NCBI GenBank assembly: GCA_038065455.1
Contig: JBBTQX010000010.1
Location: 1 to 28,982 of the forward strand
DNA length: 28,982 nucleotides
Direction of reading: 5' to 3'
Source of the DNA: Patescibacteria group bacterium
Lineage (GTDB): Bacteria > Patescibacteriota > Minisyncoccia > UBA6257 > GWB1-50-10
A program made the translations under genes and the position numbers. The first letter of the stretch is position 1, and each line of letters opens with the position of its first letter. Of this stretch, positions 9,134-18,100 are shown piece by piece. A model generated the notes under the pieces. It saw only the letters and a program-made list of their open reading frames with translations. It made no database searches and was not told the origin of the DNA.

Positions 9134-9986
9134 GTTCCGATTTTATCCTCCGACCCAATGTCCGCAATTCGTGAAGTGCCTTCTTCGCTTCCTCTTTATT
9201 CGGTGATTTCCCATGCCACAAATAATCGTGCTCCATAAAACTCACGCCTTTTCCCGGGATCGTATGTGCGATTATCACGGTCGGCTTTTCGTAGATGGCT
9301 TCGGCCTCCGAAACCGCGTCCGTCAAATCCTGCATATTGTGTCCGTCAACCTCCAGCACATGCCAATTAAAAGCTTCGTACTTCGCCCTCAATGATTCCA
9401 GAGGCATCACATTCTCCGTAAAGCCGTCTATCTGGATATTATTCCGGTCCACGACAGCCGTGAGACTATTCATTCTGTTCTTTCCCGCGAACATTACGGC
9501 CTCCCAATGATTCCCCTCCTGGTGTTCGCCATCCGACGTTAAACAATAAACTCTGTATTTTTTATTGTTGAGTTTCGCCGCGAGCGCCATGCCGATAGCC
9601 TGCGAAAGTCCCGAACCCAAAGGGCCAGAGGTCATTTCAATCCCCGGCAAGGCCCGGCGGTGCGGATGGCCCTGGAGGCGCGTATTCAGTTTCCGAAGCG
9701 TCATTAATTCCTCCAAGTGAAAATAGCCGGCGTAAGCTAGCGTAACATATAAAACGGGGCAGATATGGCCATTCGAGAGCACCAGCCGGTCCCGCTCCGT
9801 CCACATGGGCTTTTTCGGATCGTGGTTTAAAATATGGAAATAAAAGGCGGTAAAAATATCCGCCATCCCCAATGGCCCGGCCGAATGCCCCGAGCCCGCC
9901 TCAAGGAGCGTTTCCACCACCTTCTCGCGGATCCTGTTCGCCAGTTCTTCCAAATATTCAAGCCGTCCCTCATGGATGGGTTTCAT
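9126..9986 (-). CDS. Transketolase, N-terminal (TPP-binding) subunit
   Basis: GSGH, RDRLVLSNGH, RLQGHP, GPLGSGL and SDGEHQEG...DRN TPP motifs. Confidence 0.94.
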   Translation of the reverse strand: MKPIHEGRLEYLEELANRIREKVVETLLEAGSGHSAGPLGMADIFTAFYFHILNHDPKKPMWTERDRLVLSNGHICPVLYVTLAYAGYFHLEELMTLRKLNTRLQGHPHRRALPGIEMTSGPLGSGLSQAIGMALAAKLNNKKYRVYCLTSDGEHQEGNHWEAVMFAGKNRMNSLTAVVDRNNIQIDGFTENVMPLESLRAKYEAFNWHVLEVDGHNMQDLTDAVSEAEAIYEKPTVIIAHTIPGKGVSFMEHDYLWHGKSPNKEEAKKALHELRTLGRRIKSEHE

Positions 9987-10009
9987 CCTCCTAATTATAA
10001 CTTATTCGC

Positions 10010-10660
10010 TTAAACCCGAAGGAGTTCTTGATAGGCTTTTTCCGGCGAAGTATTTTTCCAGATATAGGATACAGCCACGATCGCGTCGGCGCCAGCGTCC
10101 TTCACTTGTTCCGCGGTATCGGGATTCATCCCGCCGTCGATTATGATTTTGACATTCGGCCAAAGGCTTTTTATATATTTTATCTTGCCAACAGTACTCC
10201 GAGCGAATTCTCCGCCCGAAAATCCCAATGGAACCGCCACCAACTGGACCGAGAAGTTAAGGCTCAAATTTTCCGATTTCACGATTTCTTCGATGTTAGT
10301 GTTCGGGCCGATGCCGATAATCGTCTCCGCTCCGTAAAAATCTTTGGCAATTTTCTGAACAAGACTTAGGCTTTTTACGCCGCTCTCGAAATGCACTGCC
10401 AGCTTCTTCGCTCCGGCCTTGAGCCAGTTTTCAAAAACCGACTCCGGATGCTCCACCATTAGGTGAATTTCCGCCGAGATTTCCGGATTCTTTTTCGTGA
10501 GTTCGGCCAATTCCGCCGGATTATTCCAGGTCCTGGCCGGCGCGAAAACGCCATCCGTCACATCGATTTGAACGGCACGGACACCGAGCGTGGCCGCCGC
10601 ATCCCAGTGTTTCCTGACACATTCGAAATCCGGGCAGTTTATGCCGACGATTACCTCCAT
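10010..10660 (-). CDS. rpe: Ribulose-phosphate 3-epimerase (divergent)
   Basis: IDVTDGVFAP, EIHLMV, VHFE, IDGG and AGAD motifs; adjacent to rpiB and transketolase. Confidence 0.82.
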   Translation of the reverse strand: MEVIVGINCPDFECVRKHWDAAATLGVRAVQIDVTDGVFAPARTWNNPAELAELTKKNPEISAEIHLMVEHPESVFENWLKAGAKKLAVHFESGVKSLSLVQKIAKDFYGAETIIGIGPNTNIEEIVKSENLSLNFSVQLVAVPLGFSGGEFARSTVGKIKYIKSLWPNVKIIIDGGMNPDTAEQVKDAGADAIVAVSYIWKNTSPEKAYQELLRV

Positions 10661-10780
10661 CCCGTTAGAGACAAGATGTGCTTTTTAAGCACATCTGTTT
10701 ATTATGCGAGTTGTCTGATTTTTCGAGTTGTCTGTAATTGTTTATTTTCATATATTCACCTTGAACGTCTCTAACGGGAT
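10659..10780. mobile_element. 122-bp MITE-like element with 14-bp terminal inverted repeats
   Basis: ATCCCGTTAGAGAC (10659-10672) and GTCTCTAACGGGAT (10767-10780) around an AT-rich interior. Mobility is inferred. Confidence 0.6.
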
Positions 10781-10786
10781 CCATTA

Positions 10787-11302
10787 TCATCTCCAATTTA
10801 TATTTGTCTTCAATATAGTATTACCGGATTCATCATCCGAAACGGGCGAAATCAATTTTTCTTCCAGTCGGGAGATTTCTTCCAATCTACGTTGATGTCT
10901 TTCTTCTCCCGAAAATGGCGTTTCGAGCCAGGTTAAAACTATTTTTTTTGCCATTTCCTCATCGGCATAATTCGCGCCTAAAGAAAGAATATTGGTATCA
11001 TCCTCCTTCCGGCCGTCGAAAGCCTGGTCGGGCGACGAAGCGAAGGCCGCCCGGATATGCAGGAATTTGTTCGCCACCACGCTCATTCCCGCTCCCGAAC
11101 CGCAAATCAGTATCCCCCGCGCCGTTTCAAACTCCTGGCTCACCTGCTTCGCGACTTTAATCGCGAATAAGGGATAGTCGTTATTTTCATTATATTTTTC
11201 GTCGCCCATATCCACCGCGGAATAACCGCGCATTTTCAAAAAATCCTTGATTTTTTCTTTTAGGGCGAATCCTTTATGGTCCGCCCCGACGTAGATGACC
11301 AT
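10787..11302 (-). CDS. rpiB: Ribose-5-phosphate isomerase B
   Basis: GADHKGF, DYP, GILICGSGAGMSVVANK, NILSLG and FSGEERHQRR motifs. Confidence 0.93.
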   Translation of the reverse strand: MVIYVGADHKGFALKEKIKDFLKMRGYSAVDMGDEKYNENNDYPLFAIKVAKQVSQEFETARGILICGSGAGMSVVANKFLHIRAAFASSPDQAFDGRKEDDTNILSLGANYADEEMAKKIVLTWLETPFSGEERHQRRLEEISRLEEKLISPVSDDESGNTILKTNINWR

Positions 11303-11336
11303 ATTAAATCGGAGTTTTTCCGGAGCTGATTCTCAA

Positions 11337-12356
11337 TCAATTAGAAATGGTGAACTGACCGCTATCTCCCCAATTGTTCGGGTAAGGCAGGTAAAATACC
11401 CTCACGGAATAATTAGAACCGTCAGCTAAGGAGGTGGGAACCCGCCAACTGTAGTTTCCGCTATTCGGAGTATCACCCGCGATAAAATCAAGATAACTCC
11501 CATTTCGATAAAGACTAAGCCTGACACTCGGAGCTATGAAGCCGGCGTTAGACCATTGGATATTATAGCTACCGCCCCTTGACCAAGTCGAAGTCGCACC
11601 GCTTGCCGGAGAACTGACGGAAAAAACCGGCGTGGAAGTTGGAGCAGGCGGGGTTGAGGTTGATGTCGGAGGGGTTGAGGTTGATGTCGGAGGGGTAGAT
11701 GTGGATGTGGATATAAGTGTAGGTGTGGAAATCGGGGTTGAAATTGGTACTGGTATTGGAATCGGCGTAGGAAGTGGATTAGAATTAGGAACAGAAATAG
11801 GGGTTGAAGTGGGAACAAAATTAATAGTGGTAGGAACAGGTAATATCGGAATGGCAGTCAGCGGCTGGATAGCGCACGGACCGGATTGGTCAAGCGTTTG
11901 AATGGTCGCGTCATCCACGACACCGCTGATATCCAATCCATTTTCTCCCTGGAAACTTTTGAGGGCGGCCTGGGTGATCGTGCCGAAGAAACCGGTCGGA
12001 GAGATTTGCATATATCCCCTGCTTTTTAAGATTCCCTGTAATTTTGAAACGGCGCTACCGCGGGAGCTTCGCCGTAATCCATTCAAATCGGAAACGGAAC
12101 AGGAAAAGGCAATAGCCGGAGAAGTACTTGAAACCGTAATCTGGGTTGAAACCGGAACTAGTGTCGGCAAAGTTGTCGCACTTCCTGAAATGGATTGGCT
12201 CCGTATAGCGATTAGCTGGGTTTGCAGAGTCTGGAGTTGAGCTAAGAGCGCCTGTATCTGCGCCGAGACATCGGTTGTCTGCGCCCGACCTTGAGCCGGC
12301 AAAAGGAATGAGCCGGCGAGAAATATCACTGCGACTAAAATGAATAATTTTTTCAT
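11337..12356 (-). CDS. Secreted protein with peptidoglycan-binding domain, Pro/Thr-rich linker and C-terminal Ig-like (Ser/Thr-rich, Kre9-like) domain
   Basis: Signal peptide; LRRSSRGSAVSKLQ...TGFFGTITQAALKSFQ...GVVDDAT (PG_binding_1-like); SP..G..W..G.SYNIQW...NSGNYSW.VP...D..GQFTI. Confidence 0.8.
   Translation of the reverse strand: MKKLFILVAVIFLAGSFLLPAQGRAQTTDVSAQIQALLAQLQTLQTQLIAIRSQSISGSATTLPTLVPVSTQITVSSTSPAIAFSCSVSDLNGLRRSSRGSAVSKLQGILKSRGYMQISPTGFFGTITQAALKSFQGENGLDISGVVDDATIQTLDQSGPCAIQPLTAIPILPVPTTINFVPTSTPISVPNSNPLPTPIPIPVPISTPISTPTLISTSTSTPPTSTSTPPTSTSTPPAPTSTPVFSVSSPASGATSTWSRGGSYNIQWSNAGFIAPSVRLSLYRNGSYLDFIAGDTPNSGNYSWRVPTSLADGSNYSVRVFYLPYPNNWGDSGQFTISN
11651..11700. repeat. 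21-bp tandem repeat encoding PPTSTST
   Basis: GGGTTGAGGTTGATGTCGGAG twice plus a degenerate partial unit. Confidence 0.75.
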
Positions 12357-12508
12357 ATGTCTTTATAATACCACCCCCCTCAAAAAAACAATAGCCTTGC
12401 GAACGATGTTCTGACCGCTAAACCCCGAAATTCGCCCTGAACCAGTCTAGAAGCGTTTTAACGTCTGCCGCTCGGTTATCGGAGCCTAGAACGCCGATGA
12501 AAATAGTT

Positions 12509-13525
12509 CTAGACGAGCCTGGCTACTTCTAAAACGTGCTTCACGAGCGTCGAGGCGTAGCCTGCTTCGTTGTCGTACCACGAAAGCACTTTCACGAGAT
12601 CGCCATCCACCACTTTGGTGAAAGATAAATCTGCAATCGCGCCGTAAAGCTCGCCCACGATATCGGACGAAACGAGTTGATCTTCCGTCGTCTTGAAAAT
12701 CCCTTTCCACTTGGACGAGGCCGCCGCTTTCCTCAAAATATCGTTTACTTCCTCCGCCGAAGTTTTTCTTTTGGAAACAAACGTGATGTCGGCGATGGAA
12801 CCGCAGGCGACGGGCACGCGCATCGCCATCCCGTCGAACTTCCCTTCCAATTCCTTGATTGCCCGCGTAACCGCGATGGCCGCGCCGGTCGTTGAAGGTA
12901 TGATATTCTGCCCCGCCGTCCGGCCGCGCCGGAAATCCCCGCCTTTCACGGGGCCATCCACGATTGATTGCGTCGCTGTGTATCCGTGCACCGTATTCAA
13001 AACGGCTTTCTTTATTCCCGGCTCCTCGGACAATATCTGAATTAAGGGCGAAGCGGCGTTCGTCGTGCAGGAACCGTTTGAAGTGATCGGGCAGGTTTTC
13101 ATTTCGCTGTCGTTTACGCCCACGAGCACCGTCCGGCCGAGTGTTCCGTCCTCGTCTTTCGCGGGCGCGGTCAATACCACCCGCTTCGCGCCGGCAGTCA
13201 AATGCGCCTTGGCTTTTTTGTACGATTCGAAAATACCCGTCGCTTCCACCACAATGTCAATTTTCAATTTCTTCCATGGCAATTTGGCCGGATCTTTTTC
13301 CTGGAGAAAGATTATTTTCTTCCCGCCAATTTTGAGATTTGATTTTTGAAATTTGATCTCTCTATCATACCGGCCGTAGACCGTGTCGTATTTCAAAAGA
13401 TAAGCCAAGTTTTCAACGTCGCCTAAGTCGTTTATCGCAACGATATCCAATTTTCTTTCATTCAAGGCCTGCCTCAAAAAAAGTCTGCCGATTCTCCCGA
13501 ATCCGTTTATAGCGATTTTAGTCAT
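12509..13525 (-). CDS. gap: Glyceraldehyde-3-phosphate dehydrogenase, type I
   Basis: IAINGFGRIGR, SNGSCTTN, IIPSTTGAA and WYDNEAGY motifs. Confidence 0.97.
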   Translation of the reverse strand: MTKIAINGFGRIGRLFLRQALNERKLDIVAINDLGDVENLAYLLKYDTVYGRYDREIKFQKSNLKIGGKKIIFLQEKDPAKLPWKKLKIDIVVEATGIFESYKKAKAHLTAGAKRVVLTAPAKDEDGTLGRTVLVGVNDSEMKTCPITSNGSCTTNAASPLIQILSEEPGIKKAVLNTVHGYTATQSIVDGPVKGGDFRRGRTAGQNIIPSTTGAAIAVTRAIKELEGKFDGMAMRVPVACGSIADITFVSKRKTSAEEVNDILRKAAASSKWKGIFKTTEDQLVSSDIVGELYGAIADLSFTKVVDGDLVKVLSWYDNEAGYASTLVKHVLEVARLV

Positions 13526-13531
13526 TGGTTT

Positions 13532-13659
13532 ACCAGGCAGTGAAAATGCGATTGCAAGCCACCCCTGAATCGGCGATTTTCTTTGTTTTTAATGACCTTT
13601 TGCTTGTTTTCATTTTTTAATTAATATCATATTTTACGATCGCATTTCTACTGCCTGGT
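13532..13659. mobile_element. 128-bp inverted-repeat element A
   Basis: Left end ACCAGGCAGTGAAAATGCGATTGCAA; right end, reverse-complemented, ACCAGGCAGTAGAAATGCGATCGTAA. Confidence 0.6.
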
Positions 13660-13673
13660 TTCATTATAAAGCA

Positions 13674-14195
13674 TCAGTAAGCCGGTTGCGACTGTTTTTC
13701 TATGAGCGGTTTCGCCATAACGCTATCCCCGACTTGCGCCCTCAAGAGCTTTGCCCGGCCGACATGGAGCTCTAAAACCCTGTCCACCTCGCCCGGCGGC
13801 ACATAGCTTTTCAGTTCGCTGTCGGGCGCGTTCAAATCGGCTGGCGGTTGCGCATTCTCCGTAAAGCCGATAATTTTGCCTTCCGATATCCAGACAATAT
13901 CTATCGGAAATTTCATCCCTTTCATCCAGAAACCGTAAGTTCCCGGCTTTTCAAAAACGAAATACATCCCCTCGTTCAATCCGATGCTGTCCCGCCCGCT
14001 CAAACCCCTGCTCCTTTCCGCTTCGGTATTCGCGAGCTCCGCCACGATATATTGTTCGCCTATCTTGATATTCACCTTATTCGTCACCGCCTCAATTCGA
14101 TTCAGATAATAAAGAGTGGTAACCGTCGCCCCGGCCGTGAAACCGACGATGAAAATGACAAGACCTAAAATTCCTTTTGTATTCGAAGAAACCAT
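13674..14195 (-). CDS. DUF192 family membrane-anchored protein
   Basis: N-terminal TM; AELANT..ERSRGLSGR...GMYFVF...FWMKGMKFPIDIVWI...VLEL..G. Confidence 0.88.
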   Translation of the reverse strand: MVSSNTKGILGLVIFIVGFTAGATVTTLYYLNRIEAVTNKVNIKIGEQYIVAELANTEAERSRGLSGRDSIGLNEGMYFVFEKPGTYGFWMKGMKFPIDIVWISEGKIIGFTENAQPPADLNAPDSELKSYVPPGEVDRVLELHVGRAKLLRAQVGDSVMAKPLIEKQSQPAY

Positions 14196-14202
14196 TATTT
14201 CC

Positions 14203-14340
14203 TATACCAGGTAGTAGAAACTCGATTTAATTTTTCGACTGTTTTTTTGTATCAGGTTTAAACATAAATTATTACTTAAAATTTTTATAATATGGATGTA
14301 ACGGGACATGGCTACAATCGAGTTTTCACTACCTGGTATA
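14203..14340. mobile_element. 138-bp inverted-repeat element B (same family as A, opposite orientation)
   Basis: Left end TATACCAGGTAGTAGAAACTCGATT; right end, reverse-complemented, TATACCAGGTAGTGAAAACTCGATTGTAGCC. The right end contains the stop codon of the methyltransferase gene. Confidence 0.6.
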
Positions 14341-14820
14341 TAATAACCCGAAAAGTGCGATGCCGAAAGCGACGCTGACGTTCAGCGATTCCTTTCTTCC
14401 TTTCATCGGTATCTCCAATATTTTATCGGCGTTTTTGAGGATATTTTTAGGCAAACCGTTAACCTCATTCCCCACAATGACGGCAATTTTGATCTTTGAT
14501 TTTTGATTTTTAAATTTGTAATATGGAATGGAATTTTTCGACTGTTCAACAGCCAGGATTTTATAGCCTTCTTTTTTCAATTTTTCCAAAAATTTTGAAA
14601 TAGCCCTGGGCGAACGAACCGCTTCCCATGGCATTGTTTTTTCGGCGCCGAGCGCCACTTTCGCGATTTGCGGACGGGCTTTGCCGAAGCAGTCGAACGG
14701 CGCGGGCGTGATGCCGCAAAGATAAATTTTCGAGACCCCGGCCGCGTCCGCCGTCCTGAATATCGAGCCGACATTGTGCAAACTCCGAACATTATGGATG
14801 ATAGCGACAATTTCCCTCAT
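14329..14820 (-). CDS. TrmH/SpoU-family RNA methyltransferase
   Basis: HNVRSLHNVGSIFRTADAAG, VGNEVNGL and IPMKGRKESLNVSVA SPOUT motifs. Confidence 0.92.
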   Translation of the reverse strand: MREIVAIIHNVRSLHNVGSIFRTADAAGVSKIYLCGITPAPFDCFGKARPQIAKVALGAEKTMPWEAVRSPRAISKFLEKLKKEGYKILAVEQSKNSIPYYKFKNQKSKIKIAVIVGNEVNGLPKNILKNADKILEIPMKGRKESLNVSVAFGIALFGLLYTR

Positions 14821-14837
14821 ATCTTTATTCTAACAGA

Positions 14838-14874
14838 AAAATAAAAACACCTGTCAGCATACTGACTGACAGGT
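14838..14874 (-). terminator. Probable intrinsic terminator
   Basis: 9-bp stem ACCTGTCAG/CTGACAGGT (14849-14874) followed on the minus strand by GTTTTTATTTTT, just after the 69-aa ORF. Confidence 0.65.
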
Positions 14875-14882
14875 ATTCCATC

Positions 14883-15092
14883 TTAAAACGCGAAAGCCGA
14901 AGGGGTGGAGGCACGAGGCCTAATATCTTTTTTGCTGTCTATCTTTATAATAACAACCGGATTTATTGTTTCTGAACCGCAATCCGGACAGGCGATAAAT
15001 GTCTCCGAATTTTCTTCCATTGATCCGGAAGATAGATGGGCAAATATATCCATTGACCCTCTCTTATCGCAGAATCCACACTCATATTCCAT
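14883..15092 (-). CDS. Small zinc-ribbon-like protein
   Basis: CGFC and CPDC pairs in 69 aa, a purine-rich upstream sequence, and its own terminator. Confidence 0.6.
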   Translation of the reverse strand: MEYECGFCDKRGSMDIFAHLSSGSMEENSETFIACPDCGSETINPVVIIKIDSKKDIRPRASTPSAFAF

Positions 15093-15182
15093 ATATTTCC
15101 CTTTCCTTATTGTAAATAAAAAGTTACTTAAAACTTAACTGTTCGCAATATAGCATATCCGACCGGAAAAGTCAAAAATGCC

Positions 15183-18100
15183 TTATTGTAGGAAGAAACT
15201 CGCGTCTTTCCCCATATCTCCCGACCAATAGCCGTCCGAGTAGCTGTCGCCCGCCGAGCCAAAAATGTAATTCGTGTTCGAAATCCCCGGCCCATTCATA
15301 GGCACGAGCCAATAATAAGAATTGGAATTGAGATATATCGGGCTTATAAAACTGAATTCCAAACTGCGGGCCGACGGATGGTCTTCCATCGGCCATTGGT
15401 AATTGACGTCGGTGGTCGTGGCAATCAGATTCCCCATTGAACCGTTGTTATCGGAATATATTCCGATGAAGGTATCGGTAACGCTGTAGGGGCCGGCGCC
15501 TTTACCGACAGTCATTCCGATTTTACCGGCATTCGAACCTATTTGAATAAATATCCTTTGACCCGCGCCGTTCGATGTGCCAACTATCTGGCTCGCGTCA
15601 TTCTGATGGGGAAAGGGATTATAATTAGTCGGAAAATTCCAATTTTTTGCGACTGGCTGGGAAATATTTCCGAAATCATCGACGGCCCGCACGCCGATTT
15701 TATAGCCATGCGGGAAATTGACCGGAACGCTTGCCGAGAGATTTCTTCCTGTCGACTGCCATCCGGCCGGAGAAAATTCGGTTGAACTCGAATAATTGAA
15801 TTCGTAGAAAATATTATTGTCGAGCGAATCAGGGTCGGTTGCCTTCGGCCAAGCCAAATTCAAAGCCGAATGAAGACTATCGAACTGGAGAGTAACATCC
15901 GCCGGAGCGAGCGGCGGCAAAGATGGCGGCGGAGCGGATTGAAAATGGTATTGGCGCTTGTCCGCCGCCGCCAGCCGGAAATTGGCATAACCGCCGATGG
16001 TCGAAGAATAATCATAGAAAGCCGCCGTAACGTAGGCACTCGGTCCGAAATCCGTTACTCCGCTCGGCACGGCAATCGGAACAATAAAATGAAAATCTTC
16101 CAAACCGGACATTCCCTGCGGATTCAAACCTCCGCCTAAAGACGAACAGTGGTCGCCTTCCGGGAGAAGTATGAATTTATTGGAAGTCACATAACCATCG
16201 CCGGAACAGCGCAGATAACTCAAAATCGCCAGATTTGAATTATCCGCCGGCGAAAATTTATTGTTTTCAATCAAATTAGCGTCTTTCGGAGCGGCGGAAT
16301 TCACATACAGAAGTACTAATTTCCAATTTCCGTATGAACCCGGAATGAACGGATAATTTCCGTAATAAGCGTCTACGACATTTCCTCCCCCGCTTCGGGA
16401 ATCGCGATAGAAATATAAATTCGAAAAGAAACTCGGGACGTCCGCCGAGAGATTCGCCGGCGGCGAACCCAAGCCGTCCCGGTCGAAAGCCCGCAAGAAA
16501 AAAGCATAATTCCGGCCGATTTCGTCTATGCTCCGCGAAAGACCGATAGCGGCGCTCGTCGTGGCAAAAATTTCCGAAGTGGAAGCATTTCTGATTTCAT
16601 AACGGACGGAAAGCGCGTCGCCCATGGAATCAAGCGCCTCGTTCCATTTGAAGACTAATTTCATCGTGGAGGAGGAATAAGTCAGGCTCGCGCCGGTCAA
16701 ATTCGGAGCCATTCTCGGTTCAGGCAAACTGCCGGAATTCTGGGGCTTGGGATTGGAACGGGTTTCAAAATCACCGGACTGGCTTCCACTACATGAATTT
16801 CCGGCAAATTCGCCCTCGCCGCTTCCGGCCGATATACAATTTCCTGTCGGTTTTGCCTTCCTTTCCAAGCTCTGACCCGCCTGGGAAATGGATGTATTCG
16901 TATAGGCCAAACCGCCCACGCCCGCTCCAATATTGTCAAAAAGATAAGCGGTGATGGCCACGCCTTCGCTCGCTCCCGAAACGTTCGGCAAGGACGCAGT
17001 TCTTAGAATATCCGCGGCAGTCCCGCTATAATTTACGGCATTATAATCATTCAACCCCACCAGTAAATATCCTTTTGCCGGAATCACCATTCTGTCTGCC
17101 GTATGTTCCGACTCGCCGAACAACGCCAGAGAATTGGTGGATGTCGAATCGCTCCGGAAATATTTGAGCGACCAGCCTGACAGATTGAGCGATTGATTCC
17201 CGTCGTTATACAATTCCACAAATTCTTTGCCGACATCCCCTCCGTCGCCCGTCGCGTGAAACAAGAGCTCGCTTACGAAAATTGTGTTGGAAAATGTCGA
17301 GGTGCCGACGGAATTGAGCGCGCTCGAAGTCGCGTTCGTATTCGTACTGGTGCTATTATTCCCGCCATTGCTCGAATTGGTGCTGGTAGCCGTACTCGTG
17401 GTATTGGTAGTTTGATTGTAATAGTAGTAATAAGTAACCGGAGGATAATAAACAATCGGGGGTAGTGTCGGCTGTTGAACGACAGGCGCTTGAACAGGCG
17501 GCGCTTGAACAGGCGGCAATTTCGGCATACTCGTCGCAGGTGGTGTCTTTAAAGACACCACCTCGGGAATAGTTTTTCTAGCCAAAGCCTTACTTTTCAA
17601 ATTGGCGGTTTTGCTGATGAGGCTGTCGATTCGTTCGTTTAGCGCGTCCATTTCGCTGTTTCCCTCGCTCGTTTCAATAATTTCTTCGTCCGCTTCAACG
17701 GTTCCTTCGTCCGCTTCAACGGTTCCTTCGTCCGCTTCAACGGTTCCTTCATCCGTTTCAATATCTCCTTTTTCCGGCGACAAAATACTTTTTTCTCCGA
17801 TATCCTCCGAATTAACTTCGTCCGACTGGGTGCTATTGTCAAAGATAGCACCCGAAATAGTGTCGGTTATATCGGAATTACCGGCATTGTCCGCAGATTG
17901 GAATATTCCCCTGATTGCCTCGCCGATGGAAGCAAGAAAAGATTTTTGATTTTGTTTTTTGAAATTCGGGTCATTCTTCGCCATCTCGGCTTCTTTGAAG
18001 AATAAATATACTATCCCGGCCCCGTATTGGACGGATTTGGTGGAAAGTCGGGACCAATATTGAGACATTATAGTTGGTCTATTCAAAAGTTCATCATTAT

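Noticed and set aside
10659-10780. Integron attC interpretation of the GTTAGAG/CTCTAAC inverted repeat
   Set aside because: attC sites begin with RYYYAAC and end with GTTRRRY. The order here is reversed and no integrase is present in the window.
12445-12514. GTCTAGAA...TTCTAGAC inverted repeat overlapping the gap stop
   Set aside because: It is only 8 bp, does not extend, and is compatible with chance.
13530-13613. 27-aa ORF MKTSKRSLKTKKIADSGVACNRIFTAW upstream of gap
   Set aside because: It lies essentially within element A and has no independent coding evidence.
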